Numbered from the stretch's first letter, positions 40,797 to 51,481 are shown. The stretch is DNA of 64,000 nt from Candidatus Nomurabacteria bacterium (GCA_020632095.1 JACKGF010000002.1:80502-144501); one strand, 5' to 3'. Notes: a model not told the origin generated them from the letters alone. Numbers and translations: made by a program.

Positions 40797-41038
40797 CCCA
40801 CCACTTTTGCTAATCCTTATACTAAGGTAGAATACTGGCTATGAGTTTTTTATTTCATCAACGCACCAAGAAAGCTATTAAGTGGATCTGGGGGATAATC
40901 GCTTTCCTGATTATTTTCAGTATGATTTTCGCTTATTCAGGTGGTAGTAAATTGTTTTCCTAAGATTAATTACAAGCATTAGCAGAGTAAAGGCCGGCGC
41001 TTCGCGCCGGCCTTTATTCTTTCAACATCCACACAACC

Positions 41039-42826
41039 TTAATCCGATTTCATCATTTTCATAAACACGTCCTGTGGTATATGAACCTTTCCTCGCTCCA
41101 ACATTTTAGCCTTGCCTTTCTTTTGTTTTTCTCGCAACTTCATTTTACGGGTGATATCTCCCCCATATAAGTGTCCGGTCACATCTTTTTTCAAAGCGGT
41201 TAGTTTTTTAGTGGCAATTATTTTCCCCATTACTTTAGCTTGCACCTTCACCACAAACTGCTGTCGCGGTAATGTTTGGTACAGCTTATCTACAATCGCT
41301 TTAGCATCAATCTCAGCTCGCATCATTCCTACCACTCGAGAAAAAGCCAATACTATTTCCTCTGCCACCAAAATATCAAGCCTGGTCACTATAGCTGAGC
41401 GCATTTCAGCTATCTCGTAAGATAGTGAAGCATAGCCACTACTAGCGTTTTTTAGTCTATCAAAAAATCCCCTCATTAGTTCTCGTAAAGGCATCTCAAT
41501 TGTCAGTAAAGTTCGACCATCGCTGAACACTTCTGTATCAAACACACTACCTTCATGTTCATAAAGCAAAGTCATCACATTACCCATGTAGTCACTTGGT
41601 AGAATTATCTGTCCAATCACCCAAGGCTCACGGACAGTCACATGTTCACCATGTTCAGGAAAACGATTGGCTGCGTAAATTTCCTCAACCCTGCCATCTG
41701 GCCAAGTCACTTCATAAGAAATCGATGGTGAAGTGATAATAATATCAATATTAAATTCTCGACGGAGACGCTCGGTAATAATCTCCATGTGAAGCATTCC
41801 TAAGAAACCACACCGAAAACCACGACCAAGCACACCAGAAGACTCCTCTTCAAAGGAAAGTGACGAATCGGATAACTGCAAGCGTTCGAGAGCTTGTCTC
41901 AACTGAGTGAATTCATCTTGATTTTCTGGGAAAATTGAAGACCAAACCACCGGACGCGCTTTTTGGTAGCCGTCTAAGGGGGCGGCGGTAGAGCGTTCTC
42001 GCAGTAGCGTATCACCCACTGCCGCCACCCCCGGCTCCTTGATACCAGTCACAATATAACCAATCTGACCAGCCGATAAGCTATCGACTGGAGTTTCTTC
42101 TGGCTTCACCATACCCACCTCTAGAGCCGTAAAAGTCCGCTTACTAGCCGCAAACTGCATCACGTCACCCTTCTTAACCGAACCATCAAACACGCGCATA
42201 AAAATAATAATCCCGCGATGATTGGAGTACTGGAAGTCAAAAATCAGTCCCCGATAGGTATCAAGCTTGCTTTCGCGAGGGGATGGTACTCTATGCCGCA
42301 CTGCCTCAAGCAGAGCCGGCACACCATCACCAGTCTTGCCGGACACCAATAAAATATCCTCCCGCTTGCAATCAAGTAATCTCATCACTTCTTCCCCTAC
42401 TTCATCAATCCGCGCATGTGGTACATCAGTCTTGGTAAGGACAGGAATAATAGTCAACGATAAATCTTTAGCCATTTGCAAAGTGGTCAAGGTCTGAGCT
42501 TGCACCCCTTGGGTACTATCCACCAAGAGTAACACCCCTTCCACCGCTTTTAAGGCACGCGACACTTCATATGAAAAATCAATATGACCAGGTGTATCAA
42601 TCAAATTAAATTCAAACTCCTGACCATCAGCATAATAAGACATCCTAACTGGCTGCATTTTGATGGTAATTCCCCGCTCCCGTTCCAAATCCATTGAATC
42701 TAGCACTTGTTCCTTCATTTTGCGCACTTCTACTGTCTTAGTCACCTCCAACATCCGGTCAGCCAATGTGGACTTCCCGTGATCAATGTGAGCAATAATA
42801 CTAAAATTCCTAATCTGAGATTGCAT
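41039..42826 (-). CDS. lepA: Elongation factor 4 (LepA)
   Basis: N-terminal IRNFSIIAHIDHGKSTLADR, G-domain motifs, LepA C-terminal domain; 595 aa. Confidence 0.92.
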   Translation of the reverse strand: MQSQIRNFSIIAHIDHGKSTLADRMLEVTKTVEVRKMKEQVLDSMDLERERGITIKMQPVRMSYYADGQEFEFNLIDTPGHIDFSYEVSRALKAVEGVLLLVDSTQGVQAQTLTTLQMAKDLSLTIIPVLTKTDVPHARIDEVGEEVMRLLDCKREDILLVSGKTGDGVPALLEAVRHRVPSPRESKLDTYRGLIFDFQYSNHRGIIIFMRVFDGSVKKGDVMQFAASKRTFTALEVGMVKPEETPVDSLSAGQIGYIVTGIKEPGVAAVGDTLLRERSTAAPLDGYQKARPVVWSSIFPENQDEFTQLRQALERLQLSDSSLSFEEESSGVLGRGFRCGFLGMLHMEIITERLRREFNIDIIITSPSISYEVTWPDGRVEEIYAANRFPEHGEHVTVREPWVIGQIILPSDYMGNVMTLLYEHEGSVFDTEVFSDGRTLLTIEMPLRELMRGFFDRLKNASSGYASLSYEIAEMRSAIVTRLDILVAEEIVLAFSRVVGMMRAEIDAKAIVDKLYQTLPRQQFVVKVQAKVMGKIIATKKLTALKKDVTGHLYGGDITRKMKLREKQKKGKAKMLERGKVHIPQDVFMKMMKSD

Positions 42827-42900
42827 AATTTAAATTTCCTCTACTCTACCTTAATTCCTCAAAAAACCTAGTGCTCATCACAAAATAAAACAAGATAAAC

Positions 42901-44580
42901 TTAAGTTGGAGCTTCATCCTGGGGGGCAATAATATCTGTCTTGAAGATCTTTGCCTTGAAGGAACGGTGAATTTCATGGATTTCAGGCGATTTTGTGACT
43001 AAATAAGTAAGAATAATAGCCCACAATCCTACCAGTCCAGCAGTCAGACCCTGTAATGAAATACCAATAAAGGTATTTTGATTAACCCCATCCACCACAA
43101 AAGCCAGTGTAATATAAGACGAAATTGCACCCGCACAACTAGCTACACCAGCTTGTAAGACCAAAGGAACTAATGACCGATAACTAATTCCGAATGACCA
43201 CACAGAAATTACCATTAAAATAATTAGCTGTATAAATTGCCCCAACACAAAAGCTAGGGCCAACACAAACACTTCTGCTCCTGGCACATCTTGCAGTCTA
43301 AACAAGGCATTTAAGTACTCTTGCCAGACTGTATGCTCTGCATATAAGTTACGAAAAATAAAACCTAACGCGACCGATACTGAACCACTAAACAAAACCA
43401 CAAATAAGGGCAACGCGGTTCGTCCACCAGCATAAAAGGCTCTCACCAACAATAACAAGATAGCTTGAGCCACCAGCGACACTACAAATATTGCCAACAT
43501 GGCGGCTGTCAGTCTGGTGTCACCCCAGTCAAATTGTCCACTACCAAGCAATACTCTCACAATCTGAGCCCGCAAAACTATTACTAGACCAATAATAGGT
43601 ATCGACCAAAATATTATATGTCTGAGAGCAGTCAATAATTGACGATTGAAACCTTGGTGATCTTTTTTTGAATACAAATTAGATAAAGTTGGAAAAGCCG
43701 CTACAGAGTAACTCATACCAATAATCGCCAACGGGACTGACTGGAGGTTGAAAGCAAACTGAAAAACCGAGACCGAACCGACCGTCATAACTGAAGCTAA
43801 GCTAATCAAGACTAAAAGTACCAATTGATTGACAGATAAAGTCAAAGCTCGAGGAATTGAAACAGCCAAAATACTTCTAATCACCGGCCACTCAATTGAC
43901 CTTACCAAAGAAAAGGCATATTTGGTATTAGCCACAAAAGGAACCTGAATTATCAAGTGACCAATCGCTCCAATCACCACTCCGACTCCCAAACCAACCA
44001 GTCCATACAAAGGATATAAAGCCGAAATACCCAATATGATTCCTAAGTTATACAAAAGAGGACTAAGCGCATACAAAATAAACCGATGATTGATTTGTGT
44101 TACCACTCCACATAGACTAGAAATACCTAGTAAAAATGGTTGCAAAAGTAATATCCGCAACAGTGTCACCAATTCGCCAGACTGTTCATTAAATCCAGGA
44201 AAAACATGTGGTACGTACCATGGAGCCGCCAAAGCCAACCCGCCTGCAACAACTACATAGACTATCAAAAATAAAGTGTATACTTGAGACAACACACGCC
44301 TTCCAGCTGCTGAACCTTCATTTTCTGTATAACAATTTACAAACGGCAGTAGAACATAGATGGAAAGTACCGAAGCAAACAAAACAAAAAGTAAATCAGG
44401 AATTCGAAAAGCGGCATAATAGAGATCTAAATCAGTTCCTGCCCCAAAAGTATGCGCCAATAAACGGTCTCTCACCACCGCCAAGATTTGTGACCCAATA
44501 GCAAACAAAGCCAGAATATACGCGGCTTGATGCAAACCGCGTACTTCTTGATACACAAAATTAAATACCCTCTTAACCAT
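42901..44580 (-). CDS. murJ: Lipid II flippase MurJ (MviN)
   Basis: 14-TM MOP-family profile, 559 aa, N-terminal region typical of MviN. Confidence 0.75.
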   Translation of the reverse strand: MVKRVFNFVYQEVRGLHQAAYILALFAIGSQILAVVRDRLLAHTFGAGTDLDLYYAAFRIPDLLFVLFASVLSIYVLLPFVNCYTENEGSAAGRRVLSQVYTLFLIVYVVVAGGLALAAPWYVPHVFPGFNEQSGELVTLLRILLLQPFLLGISSLCGVVTQINHRFILYALSPLLYNLGIILGISALYPLYGLVGLGVGVVIGAIGHLIIQVPFVANTKYAFSLVRSIEWPVIRSILAVSIPRALTLSVNQLVLLVLISLASVMTVGSVSVFQFAFNLQSVPLAIIGMSYSVAAFPTLSNLYSKKDHQGFNRQLLTALRHIIFWSIPIIGLVIVLRAQIVRVLLGSGQFDWGDTRLTAAMLAIFVVSLVAQAILLLLVRAFYAGGRTALPLFVVLFSGSVSVALGFIFRNLYAEHTVWQEYLNALFRLQDVPGAEVFVLALAFVLGQFIQLIILMVISVWSFGISYRSLVPLVLQAGVASCAGAISSYITLAFVVDGVNQNTFIGISLQGLTAGLVGLWAIILTYLVTKSPEIHEIHRSFKAKIFKTDIIAPQDEAPT

Positions 44581-44585
44581 GATAA

Positions 44586-47165
44586 TTACTCCTCAAATTG
44601 TTCCACTACAGTTACTTCTTCTGGTTGTACCATAGTTTCTAATGGCATATCTATCACAGGAGTTACCTCAGCCTGGTTGTCTTGCGATTCTGAGATAGTA
44701 TTTACACTATTAATTAAATCCGTCTCCAAGTCTTCGGGTTTAATAGTATTCTCATTGGTATCCTTGACTGGTGCCTTAGCACCTACCCCCAAACTTGGAA
44801 CTGGGATAGTCTCACCATTTTCAACCTGCTGAATTAAAGTATTGAGTGTATCATTATCTCCATTAGTCTTCTGAACGAACTTGAGTTGTTCAAGAGCAGC
44901 TTCTTGTTGATTCGTGTTAACCAGTGCTAAAGCTAGCATGTACCGCGCATTAGCATATTCATTATCTAATTTAATAGCTGCTTTATAGGCCTCAATAGCA
45001 CCCGTTAAATTTTCATTCGAAGCTAACAATACTCCAAGTTGAAAATACCTAGTTGGGTTATTTGGCTCAAGATTAATAATAGCTCTAGTAGTAGCAATAG
45101 CAGATTCAGTTTTACCTTCACTAATATCAATTTGCGCCAATAAGAAGAGAGCCTCAGTATAGTTACGTTTTAGATTTAGGGCAGCGTTAATTTCTTCTCG
45201 TGCCATAGCCACCTCTCCAGCCCTGGCTAACATCTGAGCTGCTAATAAATGATACCCGGGATTAAGTGGATCTAATTCCTGAGCTTTTTTCAAAGCAGTG
45301 TTAGCTCTATCTTGAGCATCTGTACCACCGCCACCAATAGCGATATTACTGTAAACTGCAGCTAAAACAGCGTAATTATCTGGATTAGTTAAATCTTTCG
45401 CTACAGCTTGCTCAGCCAGCGTGATGGCTTTGGCTGAGGATTCTTTATATTTTTGTATCTCCTCTTCTCCTGGCTCGGCAACATTAAGTAATGTATTTAA
45501 AGTTGCTAAGTGTACCTGAGCCCGAGTACTTACAAACCTATCATCTGGATAGAGACCAAATGAAGTCAGAGCCACCTGTTCAAAAGTTGCTGTCGAGTCA
45601 GCTGTTGCTTGTGACTCATTAAATCTTGCTTCTGCCAAATATTGCTTTCCTACAGTCAACAAAGAACCAACTGAAACCGTAATGACAAATATGATGGCAG
45701 CCATCAATACAAAACCCCGTTGCCTGTTAACTGCTAATGGAAAAGTTCGAACGGTACCTGGCACCAGTGCACCATAAGCTACAAACGATAGGCCAGTAAA
45801 CAGGGCGGTTAACAACAATATCCCTTCCCCTGGTACATATATATACGACATCAACCAAAGGAATACGGCTGAGGTAAATGAAACCACTCCAAAGTAATAC
45901 CAGTAGAAATCTCTAGTATCTCCCCGTAAGAGCATTTTATAACCAACAAAAATAAAATACAGATGAAATAAAATAACCATTACCCCTCCTAACGCTCCGA
46001 GACTTACGAACAAAGTTGGAATATAACCACTGCCAGCAATAAAATCTGTGTCCCAAAAAATGGTTTCATTTATACTTGGATCCTTATATTTTCTCCAGAC
46101 ATCAGCAAAACGGTTTGGGCCAGCCCCAAACAACAAATCTTCTTTATATACTCCGTTAGCTATATCGATTGTTGCACTAAATGAAGGTCTAACCTCAACG
46201 TAATTTACATCTGTTATCTCACTAACTTTTCCACCAGCGTACTCACCAGCCACAATAAAGACAGCGCTGACCACACACACAATCAGAGTGGTAACGATCA
46301 AACTACGAGGCATTTTTGTTAATGGCAAAAGATCTTCTGAACTTCGAAAAAGAGTATCTCTAGACAGTAAATAAACAAACAATAGCAAACCAAAGAAACC
46401 GATTATAATCCAGATATAGAAGAAATTAACCACCGCTAGCACCACTAATGATATTATAATTAAAACTGATATAGCATATTGAATAAAGACCCTCAGAGGA
46501 AGTTGGGCCAGAGTAACCAAACCAAAAATTACAGTTAATCCTGCAAAAATAGCCAGATCGTTAAAGCCACCAATCGGTGACACTGTCAGTGCATTGAAGC
46601 TAGAAAAAGCTAGAAAATCAGCTCCAAGAATAAGTCTAAGCACGTTGTAAACAATTAACAAAGTAGCCATCAATCCAAAGCTGGCCAAGGCCTTAATTGT
46701 CATTACTTTTGAGCCTTGTAACACGAGTGGAATAGTCATACTTAAAGCCATAAGAAAAAGAAATCCAACTGTTTGTGATTCCATCACGCTACCACGAATA
46801 GAATCTTGGATGTCACCAGAAATTAAACCTGAAATTAAAGAAATTAAAACTAATCCCCAAAAGAAACTTAAGGCCATAGGCCAGACTGTCTTAGCGAATT
46901 TACGTCGCAACATTAGAAGACTTAGAGATATCACTGTTACTACGCTAACAACCATCGCTAAAAGGACCTTACTAAAACCAAGTGATGCCCATAAACCAGG
47001 AACAAAAAACAGTGGGACCAATCCAATAAACAGGATTAGCATGTATTGTGCAATCTGTATAAGAACTGAACTTGTCACATCTTTTTGTGGTTCGACAAAG
47101 TCCTCTGACTTTGTTTGAACCACCTGCTTGATTTTTGGAGTAAAAGGACTGCCTGACATACACAA
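44586..47165 (-). CDS. Polytopic membrane protein with C-terminal TPR repeats (O-antigen ligase/Wzy-like candidate)
   Basis: ~12 TM helices in N-terminal 500 aa; TPR-like repeats in residues ~530-760. Confidence 0.55.
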   Translation of the reverse strand: MCMSGSPFTPKIKQVVQTKSEDFVEPQKDVTSSVLIQIAQYMLILFIGLVPLFFVPGLWASLGFSKVLLAMVVSVVTVISLSLLMLRRKFAKTVWPMALSFFWGLVLISLISGLISGDIQDSIRGSVMESQTVGFLFLMALSMTIPLVLQGSKVMTIKALASFGLMATLLIVYNVLRLILGADFLAFSSFNALTVSPIGGFNDLAIFAGLTVIFGLVTLAQLPLRVFIQYAISVLIIISLVVLAVVNFFYIWIIIGFFGLLLFVYLLSRDTLFRSSEDLLPLTKMPRSLIVTTLIVCVVSAVFIVAGEYAGGKVSEITDVNYVEVRPSFSATIDIANGVYKEDLLFGAGPNRFADVWRKYKDPSINETIFWDTDFIAGSGYIPTLFVSLGALGGVMVILFHLYFIFVGYKMLLRGDTRDFYWYYFGVVSFTSAVFLWLMSYIYVPGEGILLLTALFTGLSFVAYGALVPGTVRTFPLAVNRQRGFVLMAAIIFVITVSVGSLLTVGKQYLAEARFNESQATADSTATFEQVALTSFGLYPDDRFVSTRAQVHLATLNTLLNVAEPGEEEIQKYKESSAKAITLAEQAVAKDLTNPDNYAVLAAVYSNIAIGGGGTDAQDRANTALKKAQELDPLNPGYHLLAAQMLARAGEVAMAREEINAALNLKRNYTEALFLLAQIDISEGKTESAIATTRAIINLEPNNPTRYFQLGVLLASNENLTGAIEAYKAAIKLDNEYANARYMLALALVNTNQQEAALEQLKFVQKTNGDNDTLNTLIQQVENGETIPVPSLGVGAKAPVKDTNENTIKPEDLETDLINSVNTISESQDNQAEVTPVIDMPLETMVQPEEVTVVEQFEE

Positions 47166-47224
47166 ATAAATATCCCACTAAATAATACTTATATTCTAAC
47201 ACAAACAAAAATCACCCCAAGAGG

Positions 47225-47580
47225 TGATTTTTGCACACATAAGCCGGATTCTGTCGAAATTACTTTCGGATGACCATTTACCTAGGCTAAATATTGCTAT
47301 TTAACTCTTGCGGCTCTTCCCCTTGGCCGTGGATTTCAGGAGAAATCCACGGCCAAGGGGACGCGGCCTTGCACGCCAGTAAGGATTTAGCCGTTTCACC
47401 CACACTGTTACCAGTATGACTATTCCCAGAGGGAATTCTTTCGCTTTCGCTCGAGACGTCTCTGCTCGCACCTCGCACATTACTGTGGACGGGCGTTACC
47501 CGCTACCATACTCCATAAAATAAATCATGGACGTGTCCGGACTTTCCTCTTCAAATAAATGAAGCGGTCATCGTGTCCCC
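47225..47580 (-). ncRNA. rnpB: RNase P RNA (bacterial type A, reduced)
   Basis: Minus strand contains P4 gaggaaagtccgga, gggtaacgccc, ctggtaacagtg, gcaaggccgcg and 3' acagaatccggcttat, in the canonical order; followed by a terminator hairpin aaaatcacctcttggggtgatttt. Confidence 0.75.
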
Positions 47581-48056
47581 ACATTATGCAATATTTAGAA
47601 AAAATTGCAAATTTCTACGAAATTTTAAATGGGCTGTAATCAATACCTTCATCATAAACATCTATGCCTTCGGATCGCTTCAACTTAGCAACAATCCAAT
47701 AAGTAATCGGTGTAGCAATAACTTCATACCCAACCTTAAAAATATAGCTGGAAACAATAATAGTAACTAATGCACTAGCCGGAATAGTGCCTCCAAACGC
47801 AATTACAGCGAAAACGATCGTATCAACCCCCTCTCCCACAATTGTTGAACCAATCGTCCTCTTCCACAGAGCACTTCCTCTCATCTTTACTTTCATTTTA
47901 GAAAGCACATATGAATTGCATAACTCACCAACAAAAAACGCTAAAATGGACCCAGCTACAATTCTTGGCACAAATCCAAGAATAGACTCATAAGCTTCTT
48001 GTCCTTCCCAGAAACCAGCTGCTGGCAAATACTGCCACGAACATGTAGCCCTCCAG

Positions 48057-49004
48057 CTACCCCTCAAGTAGGACAGATTGCTCATAATAATACTCACTCG
48101 AAATCCTAAAATCAATACACTCTTTCGGTCGGTCATTCAAGAAGGCATGAATCTCATTCAATTCTTCTTGAGTAACAGACGCAATGTCTCTCCGCTTTGG
48201 AACAAAGCATCTAATCCAACGATTAGTATTCTCTACCAGTCCCTTCTCCCAAGAATGATAAGGGTGGCAGAAATAGATTGGAGCCTGTATGATTTGTTCT
48301 AGTTCCGTCCAGTGACGGAATGCAATGTCGTTGTCGGTGGTGATACTCTTGACTATAATATTGCTAAACATTTTAGAGAACGCTGCACTGATTGTGTGGC
48401 GTTTTCTATTGGGTAACTGACGTACCAAGCTGTATTTAGTTAAACGGTCAGTAGCCACTAGAAGTACGTATGGACTGTACTTAGAGACAATGAAGTCTAG
48501 TTCATAGTGACCTAGCTCATGGCTACCAAGAGGACGAATATCTATATATTTACGGCCATCATCAGCTGGTTTATGTGTGGTCCGTTTCGGACCACTTTTC
48601 TTTTTGTTCCAACGCCAGAATAGTCGATATTCCAGACCACGACTTTCTATGAACTTGTATATAGCTTTGGCGGAACAGGTAACACCGAGCTCTCGTTTGA
48701 GATGTCCACTGATTTGTTTAGGGGTCCACTTCTGCTCTAGTTTGTCTTCTACGAAGCTTACTAGGAAACTATCCATTGCCACCTTGAGACACTGACGTTT
48801 AGCGCGCCAACGACGTTGACTTACTTTTAGTTGGGCTTGCTTGGCGTCATAGACTCCATTAACCCTATTCTTCTTTAGTTCCTGACTGATGGTGTTGGGA
48901 CTACGTTTGAGGAAGATGGCTATTTCTCTGATCAAACTCCCTGCGTTCAATAACTTTTCAATTACGAAACGCTCCTCAAATTGTATGTGTCTGTATGTTT
49001 TCAT
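48057..49004 (-). CDS. IS30-family transposase
   Basis: N-terminal HTH (MKTYRHIQFEERFVIEKLL...), DDE core, 315 aa. Confidence 0.85.
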   Translation of the reverse strand: MKTYRHIQFEERFVIEKLLNAGSLIREIAIFLKRSPNTISQELKKNRVNGVYDAKQAQLKVSQRRWRAKRQCLKVAMDSFLVSFVEDKLEQKWTPKQISGHLKRELGVTCSAKAIYKFIESRGLEYRLFWRWNKKKSGPKRTTHKPADDGRKYIDIRPLGSHELGHYELDFIVSKYSPYVLLVATDRLTKYSLVRQLPNRKRHTISAAFSKMFSNIIVKSITTDNDIAFRHWTELEQIIQAPIYFCHPYHSWEKGLVENTNRWIRCFVPKRRDIASVTQEELNEIHAFLNDRPKECIDFRISSEYYYEQSVLLEG

Positions 49005-49043
49005 AGACAGCTAATTTACTTTATAGCTGTCCTACTTCAAAGG
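48060..49043 (-). mobile_element. IS30-family insertion sequence with terminal inverted repeats (cccctcaagtaggacag at 48060-48076; ctgtcctacttcaaagg at 49027-49043)
   Basis: IRs seen directly; encloses transposase. Confidence 0.75.
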
Positions 49044-49494
49044 TGTCTGGGGGAGCAAAAACTCATTAGAAGGAGAGCCGCAAAGCCGGACCAAACGATT
49101 TTTCTAGTAGCACGATACCCATAAACCTCAGTCAACACATCCCCAAAAATATAACTGATTGGAAAAATAAAAGTAGCCCCAGCTAAAACAAAAGGTCCTA
49201 CTTCGATCAACTTAACAGCGACAGTATTAGATATCATTAACACAGACACGAACAATATACCTAAATAAAAAAAATATTTGCTGTTCTGTTCTGGTTGAAC
49301 CTCATTCATAAAATTTATTTTTAGCAGCGATTAAAAATTTCATCTATTCCCACACCTCTAGGGCTTTTAGGTCTTTCCCGTCCAAAATTCTTGAATATGA
49401 AAAAACTTCAAATCTAAAACCTATAAAAACTTCTTTGTCAGTCACCTGATTACTCTTTTAACATACTCCTACAAGTCAGGAACAGAAAGACAAA

Positions 49495-50055
49495 TTATTC
49501 CAATGGAATAACTACCTTATCGCCTATCACTATTGTGTTACTTGCTGAGAAGCCAGCACTTGCTTCAACTACGTACCAAGCTTCGACTGGTGGCGCAAAT
49601 GATTCCGGGTAGGTATCTGGTGATACATTTTCTTCAATATGCACAATATTACCTTCCTTGGCCACCCAAATAATGTCGATTGAATAATTCATTTCCTTCA
49701 TCCAAATTGAGTGATTGCCAGGCACCCCAAACGCAAATAGCTTAACTACATTATCTGGCAAAAAAGGCGTGCCGGACAAACCTTTAATTCGTGTCGGTAA
49801 TGTGTCCGCGATCGAAGCGTATACATCTACCCCTCCCACCGTAATTGGTACAGTATTAGGATAAATAACTCGCCAATCTTCTGGTGACACTTCTGACTTT
49901 TTGTTATCAGTCTCAAGTGGAACCTCATATTCACCACGCGCTACTGCGTCTACCACTTCTTGGTGTTTGTTTTGAACTGCAAAATAAAACCAAGTTGTTC
50001 CGCCAATTAAAAAGAATACTATTAACAACATCACAATCCGCTCAGCTATTTTCAT
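49495..50055 (-). CDS. DUF192-family protein (signal-anchor)
   Basis: IDIIWVAKEGNIVHI motif typical of DUF192/COG1430. Confidence 0.55.
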   Translation of the reverse strand: MKIAERIVMLLIVFFLIGGTTWFYFAVQNKHQEVVDAVARGEYEVPLETDNKKSEVSPEDWRVIYPNTVPITVGGVDVYASIADTLPTRIKGLSGTPFLPDNVVKLFAFGVPGNHSIWMKEMNYSIDIIWVAKEGNIVHIEENVSPDTYPESFAPPVEAWYVVEASAGFSASNTIVIGDKVVIPLE

Positions 50056-50161
50056 ACCAATATCTTATCACAACAAACCTGCATCGTGTTCCAAACTCAA
50101 CTAAACTAGATTGGGCAGAAACCCACTAAAGGCGCACGTTTTTATAACTTAAGAAATGACT

Positions 50162-51424
50162 CTAATTTTGCTCTTGCAGAACCTTAACTTGATTCTTTAA
50201 CATTTCAATTTCTTTTTGTTGCTCCTTCACTGCCTCAATAAGCGGAGCGACTAAAGAAGCATAGTTAACTGACTTCATGCCATTTTCATCAGTAGATACA
50301 ACCTCAGGAAATTCTTTTTCAACCTCTTGAGCAATCAAACCGATTTGTACAGCTCGCGACTTGGTTTCATCTTTCCAATTGTAAGTAACCCCTCTTAAGC
50401 CTAAAATCTTTTCCAGAGCACTCGGTATAGTACTAACATTTCGCTTTAGACGGATATCTGATGAATAGAGTATCCCGTCCGAAGACCTAATCGTGCCGTT
50501 AACATCAAGTTTGTAGAAAGGATTTTCGTTTCCAATCCCCACATTACCACTATCACTTTTAATTGTCATCCTTATATCTCCTGCTCCTGAATAGCCATCA
50601 TGAACATTTGTCGCAAGAAAAAGATCACTACCGCTAACCGCATTTATAACCATCTTCTTTGGGCCACCTAACCACCCTGAAGGATCTCCTGCCTGAATAT
50701 ACCCAAACCTGGTTCCCTTATGATTAAAATTAACATATGGAGGCTCTCCATTATTACTTTCAAAGGTTGCAACCGGACTAAACTCATTAACATTTGGTTG
50801 AGTTGTTACTTGTAACGGTGACATTGGATTCGCCGTCCCAATCCCCACATTTCCGTTATTCTTAATATACATCTCCATTACATCTACTCCGGCTGTTTGT
50901 GTATTAAAAACAATATCATTTTCTGCACCGACAACCAGATTTCCGTTGGCTCCTCTATCACTAACTGCCTCAATATTTGAAGAGCCATCTCTTCTTGAAT
51001 TGAGAACCAGATCTCCAACACGCATCTGGACATCATCTTGTGGTGACCAACCGCTCTTAAAAAGATCTAGAAGTAAGTCTGCTGTAAAAACATTGCCGGC
51101 TTTAGCACTACTGACCACACCTCCTGATCCAGTTGGACTCAGTATTCCAATCCCTACATTACCCTGCGCCACTATCAAACCATTAGAGAGAGCTCCGGCT
51201 CCCGTCATTATATCAGTACCGGTATTAAGCCAGACCGAACCTTGTTTATATTGCGGATCTAGGCCCACGTTTATTGGTGCTGGGGCATTCTCTAATGGTG
51301 GAGCCGCTGCCGGGCCAGACCAAGCAGCTGAAGCTACTTGCACACCAAGACCAAGCACCATACCAAATACTATTCCTAAGGTAAGTTGGGTCACGCGATT
51401 ATATTCAACAATATTTTTAATCAT
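50162..51424 (-). CDS. Secreted protein with C-terminal intramolecular-chaperone (peptidase S74, tail-fibre/endosialidase-type) domain
   Basis: C-terminus SDIRLKRNVSTIPSALEKILGLRGVTYNWKDE...IGLIAQEVEKEFPEVV...SVNYASLVAPLIEAVKEQQKEIEMLK matches the S74 chaperone domain pattern. Confidence 0.65.
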   Translation of the reverse strand: MIKNIVEYNRVTQLTLGIVFGMVLGLGVQVASAAWSGPAAAPPLENAPAPINVGLDPQYKQGSVWLNTGTDIMTGAGALSNGLIVAQGNVGIGILSPTGSGGVVSSAKAGNVFTADLLLDLFKSGWSPQDDVQMRVGDLVLNSRRDGSSNIEAVSDRGANGNLVVGAENDIVFNTQTAGVDVMEMYIKNNGNVGIGTANPMSPLQVTTQPNVNEFSPVATFESNNGEPPYVNFNHKGTRFGYIQAGDPSGWLGGPKKMVINAVSGSDLFLATNVHDGYSGAGDIRMTIKSDSGNVGIGNENPFYKLDVNGTIRSSDGILYSSDIRLKRNVSTIPSALEKILGLRGVTYNWKDETKSRAVQIGLIAQEVEKEFPEVVSTDENGMKSVNYASLVAPLIEAVKEQQKEIEMLKNQVKVLQEQN

Positions 51425-51481
51425 AAATTTTTAGTTAGTATTAGATGGTTAATTTAATTAATATAAAAACATAATAAGCCA

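Larger units (their letters stand above)
47615..49309 (-). pseudogene. yhhQ: yhhQ-family queuosine-precursor/vitamin transporter gene split by IS30 insertion (N-terminal fragment 49044-49309, C-terminal fragment 47615-~48057)
   Basis: N fragment carries FPISYIFGDVLTEVYGY motif; C fragment carries the DUF165 C-terminal half (GSTIVGEGVDTIVFAVIAFGG...); reading frames run into IS terminal repeats. Confidence 0.7.

Noticed and set aside
40842-40961. 39-aa hydrophobic mini-ORF (MSFLFHQRTKKAIKWIWGIIAFLIIFSMIFAYSGGSKLFS) before a terminator
   Set aside because: Plausible small membrane protein but weak SD and no support beyond ORF presence; not called.
47287-47478. 63-aa minus-strand ORF
   Set aside because: Lies within the RNase P RNA gene; the sequence matches conserved rnpB elements instead.
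50162-51424. Prophage call based on tail-fibre chaperone domain
   Set aside because: No integrase, capsid, terminase or other phage genes in the neighbourhood; flanked by core genes (mgtE, DUF192).
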